From a virus (lineage: Duplodnaviria; Heunggongvirae; Uroviricota; Caudoviricetes): a DNA stretch of 64,000 nt. The notes under the pieces were generated by a model. That model was not told the origin of the DNA, searched no databases, and saw only the letters and a program-made list of their open reading frames with translations. Shown one piece after another: positions 60,706 to 64,000 of the stretch. The stretch lies in IMG/VR virus record IMGVR_UViG_3300017992_000017, positions 33,418 to 97,417 of that record, one strand, 5' to 3'. A program made the translations under genes and the position numbers. Every line of letters begins with the position of its first letter. Positions within the stretch are counted from its first letter, which is position 1.

Positions 60706-61650
60706 ATGTACGACCTGATCCCAGCAGCTTCCAATACCCTCGTCCAGCACGACTACAACCGGCTTGTGGCGCAGTGGCTGTCCGGACGCAAGGATACCAC
60801 GCTCAACACGTACAAGTCGGCTCTCCGGGACTTTGCGGCCTGGTTGGACGTCCGATCCATGGCCGAAGTCGCTGAAAGTCTCCTCACGCTGGATGCTGGC
60901 CAGGCGAACGCGAAGATCCTGGACTACAAGAACGCTCTGATCGCTAGAGAGCTGGCACCTGGGACGGTCAACCTGCGTCTTGCTGCGATCCGGTCCTTGG
61001 TGTCTCTGGCTGCCATGCTCGGGATTGTGTCTTGGACGGTCCGGATCAAGGGACTGAAACAACGAGTCTACCGGGACACGCGAGGTCCTGGTGCTGACGG
61101 ATACCGATCGATCGTCTCCAACCTTGACACGACCACGAAACCCGGCAAACGGGACGCGGCGATCGTACGGCTCCTCTACGTGCTGGGTCTCCGTCGTGGT
61201 GAGGTCGTCTCCCTGGATCTGGAGGATGTGGACTTCTCAGCTGGACGCGTCGAGATCTTGGGGAAGGGACGTCTGCAGAAGGAGTGGGTGACCATCCCCC
61301 CGGAGACGCTCGAGACGCTCCGTGAGTGGGTGGATGCTCGGGGGTGGCACTGCGGTCCTCTCTTCGTCTCCTTGGCCAGAGGGAGCTACGGGAAGCGGCT
61401 CACGGGTCGTAGCGTGGCCAGTGTGGTACAGAAGGCTGGTGTCGCGGCTGAGCTCGATCGACCGGTGCGTCCCCATGGTCTCCGGCATGCTGCTATCACC
61501 GAGCTCCGGGACCAGGGCGCCAGCGATCGGGACGTGATCCGGTTCTCTCGGCACCGCTCTCCCGACGTCCTGCAGTACTATGATGACAACCGAGACGATA
61601 TCGCTGGGAGACTCGCTACCAAATTGGAGATACTCGATGAAAGCCGCTGA
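60706..61650 (+). CDS. int: tyrosine recombinase / phage integrase (XerC/D-like)
   Basis: N-terminal SAM-like core-binding region. Catalytic residues in LGLRRGE (R), HGLRHAAIT (HxxR), RHRS...LQYY (H, Y). Confidence 0.85.
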   Translation: MYDLIPAASNTLVQHDYNRLVAQWLSGRKDTTLNTYKSALRDFAAWLDVRSMAEVAESLLTLDAGQANAKILDYKNALIARELAPGTVNLRLAAIRSLVSLAAMLGIVSWTVRIKGLKQRVYRDTRGPGADGYRSIVSNLDTTTKPGKRDAAIVRLLYVLGLRRGEVVSLDLEDVDFSAGRVEILGKGRLQKEWVTIPPETLETLREWVDARGWHCGPLFVSLARGSYGKRLTGRSVASVVQKAGVAAELDRPVRPHGLRHAAITELRDQGASDRDVIRFSRHRSPDVLQYYDDNRDDIAGRLATKLEILDESR

Positions 61651-61906
61651 ACTGAGAGAACGACTACGGAAGGTCAAGGGTGCCGAGGAGAAGGTCGACG
61701 CTCTGCTGGCCAAGTCCTTCTCCCGGGACGACAAAGACAGGATCCTTACCCGGATTGGAAAGCTGGCTCGGGAATGGTTGGAGTGTATCCGGGAAGAGGG
61801 TCGCGTCTCGCACCACGTGACCGACGCGTTCGAGGCAGTGGTCCTGATGGCTTTCTACGGTGATGACATCTATCGTGTCACCGAGCCGTTGCGGGATGAT
61901 TGGTAG
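61637..61906 (+). CDS. hypothetical protein
   Basis: ATG 61637 overlaps the integrase 3' end. Confidence 0.4.
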   Translation: MKAAELRERLRKVKGAEEKVDALLAKSFSRDDKDRILTRIGKLAREWLECIREEGRVSHHVTDAFEAVVLMAFYGDDIYRVTEPLRDDW

Positions 61907-62001
61907 ACCGCTATCACACTTCAGGGGGGTTGTTTCTCCGTCCACTGTCGGTAGAATTATGGTAGGCTGTCGGTCTACTGTTCATTTACCGGGGGTGCAT
62001 C

Positions 62002-62370
62002 ATGAAACGACTCATCTGTCTGCTGGCAATTCTTCTCGTGTGCATGGGTGCTCGTTGGCGATCCTACTACCACACCAGGGTCGTCTCTGATCTCGGGTAT
62101 GCAGAGAAGAAGGTCCCACTCTACGCCGAGAAGACCGAGATCAACATCGTCTACCCGGGTGAGAGCCGGTTGACGGTGGAACTGCGGGGTCCGAACGGTG
62201 AGCTGGCCAAGAAGCTGGTCGATCGCAAGGAGGGTCCGGTCAAGGTCTCCTTCAAGGACGACGACGAGCTCGAACTGCTGGTCAAGGGTTATTGGCGGGT
62301 CCGTGTCCACGCCGACGATGACAAGAAGTGGGCAATCCAGTTCAAGCAGACGATCATCCGGAAACGCTAG
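62002..62370 (+). CDS. putative secreted protein or lipoprotein
   Basis: MKRLICLLAILLVCMG is a signal peptide with an L-L-V-C lipobox-like site. Confidence 0.45.
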   Translation: MKRLICLLAILLVCMGARWRSYYHTRVVSDLGYAEKKVPLYAEKTEINIVYPGESRLTVELRGPNGELAKKLVDRKEGPVKVSFKDDDELELLVKGYWRVRVHADDDKKWAIQFKQTIIRKR

Positions 62371-62645
62371 CCGACCGAGGAGACCATCATGTCTCCGGCT
62401 GCCAGAACACGATCGAGCTGCTGCGATACGAGTCTGACCCGACTGCTGATATCGTCTTCTATCGCAGTCCACTCTTCGTACATGCTTCTTTCACCTCGCC
62501 AGTGTTTTGGGCCGACACTGTTGGAGTGTTGGCGTCTTTGCAGATCCATGGCGTAATCAAAGACGTCCACAAAGATTTCGTCCACAAGATCTGCGAGCAC
62601 CTCTGTTTCCTGATCAAACTTCACGGCCTCGGTAGTGGTATCCAT
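62367..62645 (-). CDS. hypothetical protein
   Basis: ATG 62645. Convergent with 62002..62370. The upstream part of the track ORF has Arg/Pro-rich, noncoding-like composition. Confidence 0.35.
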   Translation of the reverse strand: MDTTTEAVKFDQETEVLADLVDEIFVDVFDYAMDLQRRQHSNSVGPKHWRGERSMYEEWTAIEDDISSRVRLVSQQLDRVLAAGDMMVSSVG

Positions 62646-62830
62646 GAGGGGACTCCGGGGAGGGATGGGATTGGTATGCCAGGATACTACAGTGTATGCA
62701 GGATGCTGTGATGAGTCAATCCTCGTTTCATGATCGTTTAACAGCCAGTAAACTGTGCTGCCGTTGTTTTTGCCTGTACAGCGTGACAAAAATACTTGAC
62801 GATGGTCTCGCTGTATCGTAAGGTTACACC

Positions 62831-63139
62831 ATGAGCAGCAAAGACAATGGCACAGAATCACTGAAGCCTCCCCTTCCCCCGGCGAAATTTCTTGCGATTG
62901 TCCAGGAGGTGGAGCAGGAGGCACGAGAGCTGCGGGAGACCTACGAGCTGCTGCGCAGTCTCGAGGGTGCGGTCCCAAATGTCGCGAACCAAAGAATGCT
63001 CCGGCCGTCTCTCAACCGGCTACACAAGTTCGCGGTCGCAGCTGCCGAGGCCGTCAGGGAGCTCCGAATCGCCGATACCGAACGTCGTCTGGATGCTGAG
63101 GTATCGGGAAATCGTCAAGGAAATGCTCTCCCTAAATGA
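62831..63139 (+). CDS. hypothetical protein
   Basis: 102-codon ORF. TTGACG-N17-TAAGGT lies immediately upstream, so the leader is very short. Confidence 0.4.
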   Translation: MSSKDNGTESLKPPLPPAKFLAIVQEVEQEARELRETYELLRSLEGAVPNVANQRMLRPSLNRLHKFAVAAAEAVRELRIADTERRLDAEVSGNRQGNALPK

Positions 63140-63258
63140 TTTTACAACAAGGGTCTCGCTGATCCTGCCACTGTGGACACCACTGCTCCGCGTACGGACC
63201 GGGGATTAGAGCACATCGCCAACTGTCTGCGTAAATTGCGTTGAACACCTCGGCGTAG

Positions 63259-63714
63259 TCAGTAAGCTTGAGCGAGTGAACAGGTGACAAACAGAAAGCG
63301 GCGTTGGTTTCCACGTACAATCCAGACTTCGGTGCTGTAGGGACACGAAGGTGGCAGCGGTACCCGTTGCAAACTGTCTACGCCCAACACGGCAACTATA
63401 TCACCAGTTCGACCAACGATCGCGGTATGTGTAACTTGCATATTCGCAGCACCAAGTCCGAGAGCTGGCACCGTAACGGCCAGTACGATGTTCTCTTTTC
63501 CGAAATGCGCCAGGCGATGTGACTGGCAAACAGCATCTCGGGTACAAGGCACGGCAAGGTTAGGCGTACGGACCCCGGCAAAGCTCGTTGAGATGTCCGT
63601 GGTATGGGGGCCAAGAGAGATGTCGTGCAGACGGAAGTTACGGTCGGTGATTCCCACAATGTCGCTGGACGTTTCAAGCAGCCTCTCTGCCTCCTCTACC
63701 GTGTAGGTTCGCAC
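63259..63714 (-). CDS. hypothetical protein
   Basis: 151-codon ORF. Confidence 0.35.
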   Translation of the reverse strand: MRTYTVEEAERLLETSSDIVGITDRNFRLHDISLGPHTTDISTSFAGVRTPNLAVPCTRDAVCQSHRLAHFGKENIVLAVTVPALGLGAANMQVTHTAIVGRTGDIVAVLGVDSLQRVPLPPSCPYSTEVWIVRGNQRRFLFVTCSLAQAY

Positions 63715-63795
63715 AGATTGCCTCTTGGTGGTCTGGGAGGGTCGTGGGAGGAACAGTTTACCCCTATCTCGTCGCCGGAGTCAAGTAAATCCGAG

Positions 63796-63819
63796 TTGGC
63801 AGTAAATTTGGCAGTAAAT
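63796..63819. repeat. 12-bp direct repeat x2 (TTGGCAGTAAAT), with a third AGTAAAT at 63784
   Basis: Two exact adjacent copies in a noncoding stretch ~2 kb from the integrase. Confidence 0.7.
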
Positions 63820-63883
63820 GCCTGCATTCCCCGGCCTTTTACTGCTGTTTCCTACCACTACAACACACCCGAAAACAACGAAA

Positions 63884-63916
63884 AACCCCGTAAAACAGGG
63901 GTTTTCTTTGTTTTGT
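63884..63916. terminator. rho-independent terminator-like hairpin
   Basis: AACCCC-GTAAAACA-GGGGTT followed by TTCTTTGTTTTGTT. An A-run precedes it, so it could act on both strands. Confidence 0.5.
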
Positions 63917-64000
63917 TGAAGTACCAGCGGTAGTTCTGCACGGCAGTTTTTTATCACTTGACAAATAAAGGACTTACGGCTATAGGAGAAGCGTCGGGGC

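Overview
Gene-dense, moderately GC-rich window (by eye, not computed). Its organisation fits a large temperate phage or integrative element, not core chromosome. There are three transcription blocks. Block 1 (+ strand, 1-33.7 kb) carries DNA modification (Dcm + Vsr, a second DPPY methyltransferase), then a replication/recombination module (beta-clamp-like, UDG-fused family A polymerase, gp32-like SSB, RecA-like, SbcCD, resolvase-like nuclease). After that comes a ~15 kb glycan island: NeuB, two cytidylyltransferases (one fused to a HAD phosphatase), a GT29-like sialyltransferase, a DUF115/Maf-like protein, a cupin, a radical SAM enzyme, a sulfotransferase and several GT2/GT32-like transferases. 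The island is interrupted by a dCMP deaminase, a methyltransferase and two tandem ECF-like sigma factors. Block 1 ends with one tRNA-Thr(UGU). Block 2 (- strand, 33.7-54.9 kb) is mostly small genes of unknown function plus an XRE regulator, ArdA and a metallophosphoesterase. It also holds the unusual material: a bipartite-motif array around an IS110-Tnp-domain-only gene, two paralogous proteins built from 27-bp and 24-bp tandem repeats, (GTTCCC)n and 19-bp tandem arrays, and two tandem tRNA-like RNAs. Block 3 (+ strand, 55.7-62.4 kb) has small genes, a SPOUT RNA methyltransferase, a Thg1-like enzyme and a tyrosine integrase with a near-consensus promoter. I recognised no capsid, portal, terminase or tail genes. 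All function calls come from motifs read by eye in the supplied translations. No database search was run. Many start codons are my own choices, based on Shine-Dalgarno context and stop/start overlaps.
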